Shown: positions 37,750 to 49,119 of the stretch, in pieces | Numbering within the stretch: the stretch's first letter is position 1 | How the letters are laid out: the number at the start of each line of letters is the position of its first letter | NCBI GenBank assembly: GCA_038087875.1 | Contig: CM075995.1 | Span: 1,180,001 to 1,244,000, forward strand | Length of the DNA: 64,000 nt | Source of the DNA: Malacoraja senta | Taxonomy: Eukaryota | Reading direction: 5' to 3' | Notes under the pieces: model-generated | Databases searched by the model: none | Seen by the model: only the letters and a program-made list of their open reading frames with translations | Told to the model about the DNA's origin: nothing | Position numbers and translations under genes: made by a program

Positions 37750-38340
37750 TCAAAGTTCCAATGCTATCCTGAATTATCTTCCCCTATTTTGATTTATCAT
37801 GGAACGGGGGTTCCCATGAGTCGATGGGAATGTTACATTTTCACAAGAAGGCTTTCAGAACATCCTTGAATCATTTCTTCTCGATGCCTGCCCACAGAGA
37901 TGACTGAGTGTTTTAGGGTCTGAATGGTGGGAATGGCCATGGAGATGATACTGACATTTGATTGCTTATCTTGCCAGAAAATTTGAGAAAAATTGTCGTG
38001 GATTTAAGGGATGGTATCTGCAGTTCTTTGTTGTGGCTGTGGTAGGTAGTCCAAATACTGGAGATGAATAGGAGGGCAGGGATCACTGTGGTCCAGCAGA
38101 TCATGAACATTGTGTTAGGTTTGAGGTCATTATCTTCAAACATTCTCTTCCTGCGTTGTCCAACAGCTACCAATGGTGATGGTGAATTGCCTTAATTTTC
38201 ATCTTGTGTGGCCAGGAACAGCACAGGTGTGCATTCAGGAGCAGATATAGGAGTACAGCCTACACGATCGGTCTGGTCGGCAGCCCAGGGTCCTTTCAGC
38301 CATCCTGCATGCTGCTCATCCCACTGTTGAGGAAACTTCA
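37750..38340 (-). mobile_element. Old RTE-clade LINE fragment
   Basis: RKRMFEDNDLKPNT...VIPALLF..WTTY and FKDVLKA on the minus strand. Confidence 0.65.
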
Positions 38341-38359
38341 GATTCAGTAGCAGTAGTAG

Positions 38360-38640
38360 CCCAGCGGCACAGTGGTAGAGTTGCTGCCTTACAGCACCAG
38401 AGACTGAGGTTCAATCCTGACTATGGGTACTTGTACGGAGCTTATACATTCTTCCCGTGACCTGCATGGATTTTTCTGTGAACTCTGGTTTCCTCCCACA
38501 CTCCAAAGACTTACAGGTTTGTAGGTTAAGTGGCTTAGTATAATTGTAAATTGTCCCTAGTGTGTGTAGGATAGTGTTAGTGTGTGGGGATCGCTGGTCG
38601 GCATGGATTCGGTGGGCCGTTTCTCTAAACTATACTGAAC
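38360..38640 (+). mobile_element. tRNA-derived SINE
   Basis: GTGGTAGAGTTGCTGCCTTACAGC...GGTTCAATCCTGAC...TCTCTAAACT. Confidence 0.85.
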
Positions 38641-39119
38641 TGGAAGAGGAGGAGGTGAACCCTTTGAGGCCAACCTTTAACTCAACTGACATTTATACTA
38701 AAATTCCTCATTCATCAACTATGCTCTGCATTACTTTCCATCTGCTGCTGATCTTTGCAATTAGAAGTTTAAAAAAATGAAGAAATATTGCACGCTAAAT
38801 TTATTGTGAATGCATGACAAATCGTATGGAAACATCAAATCATCATCACTGTGTGTTCCCATTGTGCTCATCATGCATGTATGATTTTGCTGGGTCGAAT
38901 GTACCAGTGGCATCCGCAAGGCTGCGACATAGTTGGTGAAAAGCTCTTGGTAAAGAGGATTGCACGTGACCTCACTCTGCCCGAGAATTCTGGCTTTGAA
39001 CTGAAGAATTTCAGATTGTGCAATGGGAGTCTAGCCTGACTGCAGGCAGACAAGAGCAAAGGCATTGATAGAGTGATAATGTTGGAGCCCATGAGTGCTG
39101 TCACCCAGAGGGAGGACTA

Positions 39120-39600
39120 CAGATTTAAGCACATACTCGACGATTGTTTCGCTGAACACCTCCGCTCAGACTGGCTAAACCTACCTGATCTCCCAGTTGC
39201 ACAACATTTTAACTCCCCCTCCCATTCTCACACTGACCTTTCTGTCCTGAGCCTCCTCCATTGTCAGACACAGTACAAATTGGAGGAACTTCACCTCATA
39301 TTTCGCTTGGGCAGCTTACACCCCAGCGGTATGAACATTGACTTCTCTAACTTCAAGTAACCCTTGCATTTCCCTCTCCCTTCATCCCCTCCCCTTTCCC
39401 AGTTCTCCTACCAGTCTTACTGTCTCTGACTACATTTTATCTCTGTACCTCCCACTCCCCTGACATCAGTCTGAAGAAGGGTCCCGACCCGTAATGTCAC
39501 CCATTCCTTCTCTCCAGAGATGCTGCCTGTCCCGCTGAGTTACTCCAGCTTTTTGTGTCTATCTTCAATTTAAACCAGCATCTGCAGTTCTTTCCTACAC
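39120..39600 (+). mobile_element. Penelope-like element 3' end (GIY-YIG domain C-terminus plus terminal repeat)
   Basis: FAEHLRS...PVAQHFNSPSHS...KLEELHLIFRLGSLHPSGMNIDF then stop at 39360, C/T-rich UTR and the CTGAAGAAGGGTCCCGACCC unit at about 39471. Confidence 0.85.
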
Positions 39601-39614
39601 TGCAGCTTTAGTTT

Positions 39615-40050
39615 AGACAATAGATGCAGGAGTAGGCCATTTGGTCCTTCAAGCCAGCACCATTCAATATGATCATCCTGCCTTCTTCACATATCCCCTG
39701 ACTCCGCTATCTTCAAGAGCCCTATCTAGCTCTCTCTTGAAAGTACCCAGAGAACCGGCCTCCACCGCCCTCTGAGGCAGAGAATTCCAGACTCACAACT
39801 CTCTGTATGAAAAAGTATTTCTTCATCTCCATTCTAAATGGCTTACCACTTATTCTTAAACTGTGGCCCCTGGTTCTGGACTCCCCCAACATCGGGAACA
39901 TGTTTCCTGCCTCTAGCGTGTCCAAACCTTTAATAATCTTATATGTTTCAATAAGATTCCCTCTCATCCTTCTAAATTCCAGAGTATACAAGCCCAACCG
40001 CTCCATTCTCTCAGCATATGACAGTCCCGCCATCCCGGGAATTAACCTTG
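39615..40050 (-). mobile_element. CR1 3' fragment
   Basis: ORF 39722-40033 LGLYTLEFRRMRGNLIETYK. Confidence 0.9.
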
Positions 40051-40051
40051 T

Positions 40052-40270
40052 GTTTAGTTTAATTTAGAGATACGGTGCGGAAACAGGCCATTCTCTCCAC
40101 CAAGTCCACCCGACCAGCGATCCTTGCACACTTACACCATCCTACACACACCAGGGACAATTTACAATAATACCAAGCCAATTAGCCTACAAACCTGTAC
40201 GTCTGGATCCAACCCGGGTCTCTGACGCTCTAAGGCAGCAACTCTACCGCTGCGCCACCATGCCGCCCAT
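40052..40270 (-). mobile_element. tRNA-derived SINE, internally deleted
   Basis: Reverse-complement head at 40200-40270 and (AGTTT) tail at 40052. Confidence 0.8.
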
Positions 40271-40439
40271 GATGATCTACAGTGCTGGCAATCGTCAAGA
40301 TCTGTCGTAGAACCAATTGCTGGACTACAAGACCCTGCAAGTGCTTTAACACTGCATGCATGGCCATGATACAAGTCTTCTCAGGTTCCAAGGCAACAAG
40401 CTTGGAATGCAAAGTCTGAGCTTCCACAACAGTACTCAG

Positions 40440-42300
40440 ACTTTGGACAGTGGAGAGCATCACAGGCACATAGACATATACAACAAATAAATATAAAGTA
40501 CACATGAATTATATAAGAGAGTGAAAATAAAAAGACTGTGCATAAACAATTAGAAAGACAAGTCCATGATAGTGCAGGAGGTGGTCCATAATGTTTCATT
40601 GCTGAGGTAGGATTAGGGTTCTGTGTATTAGAAGTGATGTACCAGGCAAGATACAACCAGTCAGGATAATTCCCCCATTGCATTCACAGAAGTTTGTTAC
40701 AGTATATGGTGATATGCCAAATCTCTTTAAACTTCTAAGTAGAGGCACTGCTACACTTTTTTTCATGATTAGGGTGGCAGGGTGGCGCAGCGGTACCTGG
40801 GGTCGATCCTGTCTATGGTTGCTGTTTGTACGGAGTTTATACGTTCTCCCCGTGACTGCCCAGGTACTCCCACACTCCAAAGCCGTACAGGTTGGTAGGT
40901 TTATTGGCTTTGGTAAATATTGTAAATTGTCCCGAGTGTGTAGGTTAGTACTCGTGTACGGGAATCGCTGGTTGGGGCAGGCTCGGTGGGCCGAAGGGCC
41001 TGTTTCTATACTGAATCTCTAAGCTAAACTAAATTAGTATTACATCTGCGTTCTAAGCTCAGATGTAAATGCCCAGGAATATGAAACTGCTAACTCTCTT
41101 CATCACCGACTCATCAATGAAAGCTGGTACACGGTCTTCCTTGATTTTGTTGATGTTAATGTGGCATGTTGTTGCAGCACCTGTCAATTAGATGTGCAAT
41201 CTCTCACGTATGCTAACTCATCACCACCCATGACTTGGCCAAGCGCAGCAGTGATGCATGGCAGATGCAGTACAATGTGGATAAATGTGAGGTTATCCAC
41301 TTTGGTGGCAAGAACAGGAAGGCAGATTATTATCTGAATTGTGTTAGATTAGGAAAAGGGAGGTGCAACGAGACCTGGGTGTGCTTGTACATCAGTCACT
41401 GAAAGTAAGCATGCAGGTACTGCAGCAGTTAGTGAAGAAAGCTAATGGCATGTTGGCCTTCATTGCGAGAGGATTTAAGTTTAGGAACAAGGAGGTCCTA
41501 CTGCAGTTGTAGGTGAGACCACACTTGGAGTATTGTGTGCAATTTTGATCTCCTAATTTGAGGAAGTATATTATTGCTATTAAGGGAGTTCAACGTAGGT
41601 TCACCAAGTTAATTCCCAGGTTGGCGGGACTGACATGATGAAAGCATGGGTCGACTGGTCTTGTATTCACTGGAATTTAGATGGATGAGAGGAGATCTTA
41701 TCGAAACCTATAAAATTCTTAAAGGATTGGACAGGCTAGATGCAGGAAAAAAGTTCCCGATGTTGGGGGAGTCCAGAACCAGGGGTCACAGTTTAAGAAT
41801 AAGTAGTAGGCCATTTAGGACTGAGATGAGGACATTTTTTCCACCCAGAGAGTTATGAATCTGTGGAATTCTCTGAAACAGAAGACAGTGGAGGCCAATT
41901 CACTTGATGTTTTCAAGAGGGTTAGATTTAGCTCTTGGGGCTAAAGAAATCAAGGGATATGGGGAAAAAGCAGGAATGGGGTACTGATTTTAGCTGATCA
42001 CCCATGATCATATTGAATGGTGGTGCTGATTCGAATGGCCTACTCCTGCACTTATTTTTCTATGTTTCTTTGTTAAATTGGCAAATTTATAGATAGGCAT
42101 TGAAGCTGTGCTTAGTCACACAGTCATGGGTGTAACGAGAGTAAAGCAAGGTGCATCTGTGTTGATCAATGAAGAGGTGATATCTGACCAATCTGCACAG
42201 ATTGTGGTCTGCCAATGAGAAAGTCAAGAATCCAGATGCAAAGGGTGCTAGAGAGTTGTGCATGATCATGGTGAGATTTGCAAGTTGTGAATGATCATGG
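40440..42300 (-). mobile_element. Degraded Rex1-like LINE split by a SINE (40770-41035) and a CR1 (41255-42070)
   Basis: LRSLKRFGISPYTVTNF and LLYSRYTHDCVTKHSFN on the minus strand. Confidence 0.6.
41255..42070 (+). mobile_element. CR1 3' fragment
   Basis: [16 protein letters not shown]...LYSLEFRWMRGDLIETYK and TTCTATGTTTC tail. Confidence 0.9.
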
Positions 42301-42674
42301 TGAGGTTTGCCACTGTGATAAGTACAAAAGAATAGGGTGGACATCGTAATGTGCGGGAAGTAATCTTGATTGATTAGTGACATTTTTAGGTAAATGTAGC
42401 TTATTGACCACTGTCGAGTGTTGCAGTTGGTGGAATAAGGCACCAGCTTTCATTGGTGGGTCAGTAATGAAGACATCATTGTACCTTTCATAAAACCTGC
42501 CTCTACCTTGGATCCATTTTGCACAACACTGATATTCACAGAGGTGTTCTTAATTCCTCCCTTCTAGGATTAAGTAGCTTCTAAAGAATTGAGTATTGCA
42601 TTATATTTTAAAGCAGTCTAGAATGTTTTCAAATATGTTCCAAAGTCAACCCATTAGTATAATTTTAGGTATGA

Positions 42675-43626
42675 CCAGACTAAGTCATAATGGAGGCCTG
42701 GTCCCCCAACGCAACCCGTTCCCCCAACGCAATATTCCACCATTCACCCATAGCCCCCAACTGCACAGGCGCGGCTCATTTCCCCTCATCCCCAGCACTC
42801 TCTCCCCCTCCTCTTCACCCTCCCTCTTCTTTCCCCTCTCCTCCCCTCCCCAATCCCTCCCTCGCCTCTCCCTCCCTCTCCTTTCCCCTACCCTCAGTCA
42901 CACCCTCCCTCCCTCCATAACACCTCTCCCCTCCCTATCCCCTACTATCCCTCTATCCCCCACTCCTCACCTCCCCCTATCCCCCCATTATTCCTCCTCA
43001 CCTCCCCCACTGCCCTCCTCTCCCTCTATTTCCCACTCCCTACCTTCCCCCCTCCTCCCCCACTCTCCCTCCTCACCTCCCCCACTTTCCCCTCCCTTTC
43101 CCTCCCTACACCCTCTTCCTCAATCCCCCCCAGTCTCCCTCCTCGCCTCCCCCACTTTCCCTCCTCTCCCTCCCTACCCCCTCCTCTCCCTCAATTCCCC
43201 CACTGTCCCTCCTCACCTCCCCAGGATCTCGAGGTTGCCGTTCCTCTGACCAGAGGTTGCCTTGACCGGAGACCGCGCCGACCGGAAGCCGCGCCGAATG
43301 TAAGTCACGGTGGGCAGAGGTGGGCGCTGACGGTGACTGACAGCGGACGCAGCCAATCAGTGCGGCGATGGTGCAGGAAGGGGCGTCGCTGTCCCGGTGG
43401 TGACTGATAGGAGAGGAGACCAATCTGCGCATGCGTGTTTTAAAAGATTTTTAAACCTTAATAAATGTTAAAATATACCACCAATCGGAGCAAAGCTTGT
43501 TGCACTTGCAGCACAGGAGAATGGTGGATAATGTGGTGAAAAATCAGCGCTATCATGTACCGTTTTTGCGCAAATGTAAAAACAACTCAAACCGGAAGAT
43601 AACAAGATGAGAGTTTTAGTTATGTA
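42675..43626 (-). mobile_element. Non-autonomous Helitron
   Basis: Minus-strand 3' end ACTTAGTCTGG|T (CTRR) and subterminal sequence shared with 32470-32545. Minus-strand 5' end TACATAACTAAAACTCTCATCTTG..CTTCCGG is homologous to 31848-31885. Confidence 0.78.
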
Positions 43627-44525
43627 CTAAGTGGGAATGGGTCCCTGTCACACAATGCAATCCGTTCCCCAACACAATATTCCATCACACACCTGTTCCC
43701 CCAACGCAGCCCGTTCCCCCAACGCAATATTCCACCACTCATCCATAGCCCCCAACTGCGCAAGCATGGCTCATTTCCCCTCATCCCCAGCACCACCTCC
43801 CCTCTTCACCCTCCCTCTACTTTCCCCTCTCCTCCTCCGCTCCTCCAATCCCTCCCTCTCTCTCCTTTCCCCCACCCTCAGTCACTCCCTCCTCTCTCCC
43901 TCCCCTCCCTACCCCCCTCCTATCCCTCTATCCCCCACCTCCCCAATTCCTCACCTCCCCTACTCCCTCCTCTCCCTCTATTCCCCACTCCCTACCTCCC
44001 ACACCTCCCCCTCTCCCTCTATCCCCCCTCCCCACTCTCCCTCCTCCCCTCCCCCACTTTCCCCCCTCTCCCTCCCTACCCCCTCCTCTCCTTCAATCCC
44101 TCCACTATCCCTCCTCACCTCCCCAGGATCTTTCCCCTCTCCTCCTCCTCTCCCCCAATCATTCCCTCACCTCTCCCTCCCTCTCCTTCCCCTACCATGT
44201 CACTACCTCCTTCACTCCATAACTCCTCTCCCCTACCTACCCCCTCCTGTCCATCTATCCCCCACCCCCCACTCCTCACCTCCCCCACTGCCCTCCTGTC
44301 CTTTTATTCCCCACTCCCTACCTCCCCACTCCCCCCCTCCTCTCCCTTTATTCCCTTTCCTCCCCTACTCTCCCTCCTCACCTCCCCCATTTCCCCCCCT
44401 CTCCCTCCCTAACCCCTGCTCTCCCTCAATCCCCCCCCACTCTCCCTCCTCATCACCCCAGGATCTCAAGACTGGCCGCTCAGCGCCCAGTCTTCGGATC
44501 GGCGTGGCCTCTCCCCGTCCCCGGA
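43627..44525 (-). mobile_element. Second Helitron copy (3' part) joined head-to-tail to the previous one
   Basis: CTAAGTGGGAATGGGTCCC...CCCCAACGCAATATTCCACC and the same C/T-rich interior as 42700-43230. Confidence 0.75.
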
Positions 44526-45112
44526 CATATATTGTATTTCTTTCTATATTTCATGTACTGCACACATCGAGCTTTCTCATCGAATAAGATAATTGATGTG
44601 ATAATCTACTTTCCTGTGGTCACTTCAAGACAATTCTTGATTAAAGCAAGGAAATCCCTTGATCCTCCTTGAATGGAGCCATTTGAACTTTGTTGCCTAT
44701 CTGAAAAGCCATTTCTCAATTTCATGTTCACAAGTGATAGGAACAGAATTAGCACATTTGGCCCATCAAGTCTACTCCACCATTCAATCATGGCTTATCT
44801 ATCTCTCCCTCCTAACCCCATTCTCCTGCCTTATCTCCATAATCCCTGACACCCGTACTAATCAAGAATCTATCCAGCTATCTCTGCCTTAAAAATGTCC
44901 ATTGACTTGGTCTCCACAGCCTTCTATCGCAATTAATTCCATATATTTATCACCCTCTGACTAAAGAAATTCCTCCTCATCTTTCTGAAGGAACGTTGTT
45001 TCATTCTGAGGCTATGACCTCTGGTCCTAGACTCTCCACATCCACTCCATCCATTTCTCATCCAACAAATGATTCAGCTGTTGAATTCAGATCTCTCTGA
45101 TAAAATCAGTCG

Positions 45113-46190
45113 TGTGCCGACGGGACATCGAAGGACGAGACGCCGAAGACAAGAAGTGGAAGTGGAAGCCAGGAGACCGAACGGACACGACGCCGAAAGG
45201 ATACGAAACCGAACGAACATATCGCCGAAAGGATACAAACCCGAATGAACGGGACGCTGAAAGGATACGAATCTGAACGGACACCACACCGCAAAGACAA
45301 GATGCAGAATGGACATGATGTCTCCGTGGACGGGATTTGTACTAGACCTTGTCAGCGATTGGTCCAGGCCCCCGTGTCCATCACATCACTGGCCGGGTGG
45401 AGATGGGTGGTGGGGGGGAGGGGGGGGGGGGCGCTTGAGCTTGCGTTTGTAAAATGGTGGAAGTGACTCCAAGCTGCTGTAATTGCCACAGAGGCAGTGA
45501 TGTGATGGACGCCGCGGGGATCTGGATCAATCGCTGACCTTTGTCGATGACTGACAAGGTGTCGGACCAATCCCGTCCCCAGAGATGTACAAGGTACAAC
45601 AATTTAACTATTAAAAATGTAACAAGGTACAACAATTCTTGCAGCAAATATAGATTTTTAAAAGTGTTTCATACCTATTTATCATTTCGGCTTCATGTGC
45701 GTTCGGTGTCAGATTGTTTTTCGGCTTAAAATCTGACGGGCAATGAACATGATGTCGAAAAGCCTCTGTGGCAATTGCAGCAGCTTGGAGTGACTGCCAC
45801 CATTTTACAAACGCAAGCTCAAGCTTCCCCTCCCCCACCCCACCCACCCTCCCGTCTCCCCCCAGCCAGTGATGTGATGGGCGCGGGGGTCTGGACCAAT
45901 CACTGACCTTTGTCGATAACTGACAAGGTGTCGGACCAATCCCGTCCCCGGAAGCATCATGTCTGTTCTGCGCCTTGTCTCTGCGGCGTGGTGTCCGTTC
46001 AGGTTCGTATCCTTTCGGCGTGATGTACTTTTGGTATCTTGACTTTTCTGCGTGATGTACTTTCGGTATCTTGGCTTTTCAGCGTGATGTACTTTTGGTA
46101 TCTTGGCTTTTCGACGTGATGTACTTTCAGTATCTTGGCTTCCACTTCTTGGCTTCGGCTTCTCGTCCTTCGACGTCCCGTCCGGGTACC
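45113..46190. mobile_element. Foldback/long-TIR non-autonomous DNA element, about 1.1 kb
   Basis: Arms ~45113-45497 and ~45762-46190 are imperfect reverse complements (GACGGGACATCGAAGGACGAGA vs TCTCGTCCTTCGACGTCCCGTC; CTTGAGCTTGCGTTTGTAAAATGGTGG vs CCACCATTTTACAAACGCAAGCTCAAG). Confidence 0.85.
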
Positions 46191-46344
46191 AAAGTCAGCA
46201 GTGTGGAGCTTGAACCATAAGTTGGTGACTTAGAGGCACTGAGCAACATTGTCACTTAACTGCCTTCATTGCATTGCAATGAGCTGTATGGAGAGAAAAT
46301 TATTTATCTGCTGTGCGCTGTACATTTCTGAAAAAAACCTGTGT

Positions 46345-46560
46345 GCGAAGGAACTGTCGATGCTAGTTTAAACCGAAGATAAGATTATAACGAAAAGCTG
46401 GAGTAACTCATCAGGACATGCAGCATCTCTGGAGGGAAGGAATGGGGTACTTTTTGGGTCAAGATCCTTCAGAAGGCACTCGACTCGAAACGTCACCCAT
46501 TCCTTCTCTCCAGAGATGCTGTTTGTCCTGCTGAGTTACTCCAGCTTTTGTGTCTATCTG
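46345..46560. mobile_element. Inverted pair of Penelope terminal units
   Basis: AAAAGCTGGAGTAACTCA...GCAGCATCTCTGGAG followed by CTCCAGAGATGCTG...TGAGTTACTCCAGCTTTT. Confidence 0.8.
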
Positions 46561-46777
46561 TCCACAAGCAATGAAAATGATTGTGAGAATTCAGTAATTT
46601 TAATTATGAAGAAATATTAAGAACTCTATTCTTATTTATATATAGGACCATTAACTGTTTTTTAAGTTTTAAAGAGAAATTACAACATTGATCCAGGGAT
46701 TTTTTCACTGTGGTCAGATACCAAATAATCCTAGTAAAGATTTATAGAAGGGCAGTCACCTGAAACTTCTTCAACTA

Positions 46778-47077
46778 GTGACACAGCAGTAGAGTTGTTG
46801 CCTTATAGCCCCAGGGACCCATATTCGATCCTGACGACGGGGCTATATGTATGGAGTTTGTACGTTCTCCCTTTCACCTCTTAGGTTTTCTCCGGGTGCT
46901 CCGGTTTCCTCTGACACTCCAAAGACTTACAGGTTTGTAGGTTAATTGGCTTTGGTAAAATTGTTCCTAGTCGGTGGGATAGTGCTATTGTACTGGGTGA
47001 TCGCTGGTCTCGGCGTTGACTCGGTGGGCCGAAGGACCTGTTTCCGTGCTGCTTCTCTAAACTAAACTAAACTAAAA
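46778..47077 (+). mobile_element. tRNA-derived SINE
   Basis: Head, core and (AAACT)n tail. Confidence 0.88.
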
Positions 47078-47149
47078 GTAAAAGAGTTGCAGAAATGTTA
47101 TCATACTTGTTTTTGTTTGTAATTGTTTCACGTAGCCACTTTGAACTGC

Positions 47150-47420
47150 ATCTGCCTAGAGCAGGAGAGATGCCAGCTAGGGCAGCAGTATGTTCCTCCT
47201 TCAGGATGTGGGAAGTCAGGGAGACTTCCAGTGTCCCTGAGCACTAGACCTGTGGAAAATGCGCACAGCTGCAGTTCCTTACAGATCGCGTGAGGGAACT
47301 GGAGCAACGGGATATGGGCAAAAATATGGTAAAACAGGACTAGCTTAGATGGAACATTTTGGTTGACATGGAAGAATTGGACTGACGGGCCTGTTTCTAA
47401 GACAAATTCTATGACTCTAT
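47150..47420 (+). mobile_element. CR1 ORF1 zinc-finger start joined to a CR1 3' tail
   Basis: CSSFRMWEVRE...CGKCAQLQFLTDRVRELEQ followed directly by GGGATATGGGCAAAA...GGGCCTGTTTC...CTATGACTCTATGAC. Confidence 0.65.
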
Positions 47421-47639
47421 GACAAATAGGCCATTGGGCCAGGCAATGTAAATAAGTTCTAGATGTGCCCGATATATTAACTTGCTCCACAGGTTCTTCT
47501 CAATTGTGTTTCGGAGCACATACAGTACTTATTAATGAAAATGAAACAGGACCCAAGAGCAAGTTTACAAAACAATAACACTTTCATAAATCATCATGGA
47601 TGTGCAGAGTTACTTATGTATATACTTGTAAAGGATTTG

Positions 47640-49110
47640 TAAAGGATTGTGGGCCACCACACAATTCAACCACCCTTCAATTGGCTCCATCAACACTTCA
47701 TGTTGCCTCGGCAAGGCCACCCGCATTATCTAGCAATGTACAAAATTTTTAGATTTTAAAAATAAAGTCTGCAATTTATCCCATCAGATAAAGCATAAAA
47801 AGAAGTTTAATTTGACTCTTAAGTCACTTTCATATCTTCAGTATTAAAAAAGTTATGGCCATTATCATACTCAGAAATTAGCATCTAGTTCCCTATTGCT
47901 TTTCCATTGACTTAACACAAAAGCTGTGATCGAGGACAGTTAAAAGCCCATAACTTTCTTAAAAATTATGATAACTGAAAGAAATTTTCAGTTATTATAG
48001 ATTGAAGCATTCTGAAACAAATATGAAACAATTTTACTTCGAAGACATGAAAGTAAAGCATATAATTAGTTGGTTACCTAATTGTAGCTAATTACAAAAT
48101 TCAATTACTAGATCTAAACATCTATCAATTTCTTAAGAATAGATTAACATTTTTAAATAGCCTAAGTGTCCAAATAACATTCACACAATAATTCACAATA
48201 TAACATAATTTTTAAATCTAATTTTCATGAATTTACAGGCCAAATGGAAGAAATTGAATGTTTAATACCTGTAAATTAATGGGCATTTAATTCATCTTGT
48301 GAGTGAGGATTTCTGGAACGCGATCTTTTGGAACGTTCATTTGCGGTGAATTTAACCCCGTATTGGCATGAAAAATACTGCCGTTAATTCGGGGAATAAA
48401 ATCACCGTGTCGCATGAAAAAATGTGAATTAAAGGCTTCTTAAGAAGCACTTTTATACATTTAAAGAAACCACTTTCGTTTACCTGTCCCGTGTGTGAAA
48501 TCCGTCCCCGTTATCGGCGTTGACGCTTCAGGAGCTGCTTTTAAAATTACTCTAGCGCTGACATTGACGATTTAATAAAAATAAAAAATATTCAAATCGC
48601 CACTAGGAACGATTTGTCAGCCAAGGCTTGTACTCCAACAAAATATTAACCAGGACAAGGGAGGAGAAACCCGCGTTTTAACCCCGCCCCCCCTTAAAGG
48701 CGCCAAAATCGCGCACACGGCCAGTGGCAGAATTACAGCGCGACTGAAGGTAAGTTTTGTAACATACCTACATTATCAAGGACGAGTCTCACTCTTCTCC
48801 CCTCTCCCATCAGGCAAGAGTTGCAGAAGTGTGAAAACACACACCTCCAGATTCAGAGACAGTTTTTTCCCAGCTGTTATCAGGCAACTGAACCATCCTA
48901 CCAACATCTAGAGGCAGTCCTGAGCTACTATCTACCTCACTGAAGACCTTTGGATTATTTTTAATTGGACTTTCCTGGACTTTATCTCGCACAAAACATT
49001 TTTCCCTTTATCACATATCGATACACTGTGGACAGCTCAATTGTAATCATGTATAGTCTTTCCACTGACTGGTTAGGACCCAACAAAAATGCTTTTCATT
49101 TTATCTCGAT
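47640..49110 (+). mobile_element. Rex1-like LINE 3' fragment interrupted by a DNA transposon
   Basis: GCCTCGGCAAGGCCACCCGCATTATC | AAGGACGAG...CCATCAGGCAAGAG...AGATTCAGAGACAGTTTTTTCCCAGC, similar to 51980-52110. Confidence 0.75.
47731..48770. mobile_element. Non-autonomous hAT-like DNA transposon with 7-bp TSD (hATw-like)
   Basis: Imperfect TIRs TAGCAATGTACAAAATT / AAGTTTTGTAACATACCTA; CATTATC at 47724-47730 and 48771-48777. Confidence 0.85.
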
Positions 49111-49119
49111 GCACACAGA

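Noticed and set aside
42596..44587. 217-aa and 318-aa Pro/Ser-rich ORFs
   Set aside because: Stop-poor polypyrimidine Helitron interiors; no domain signal.
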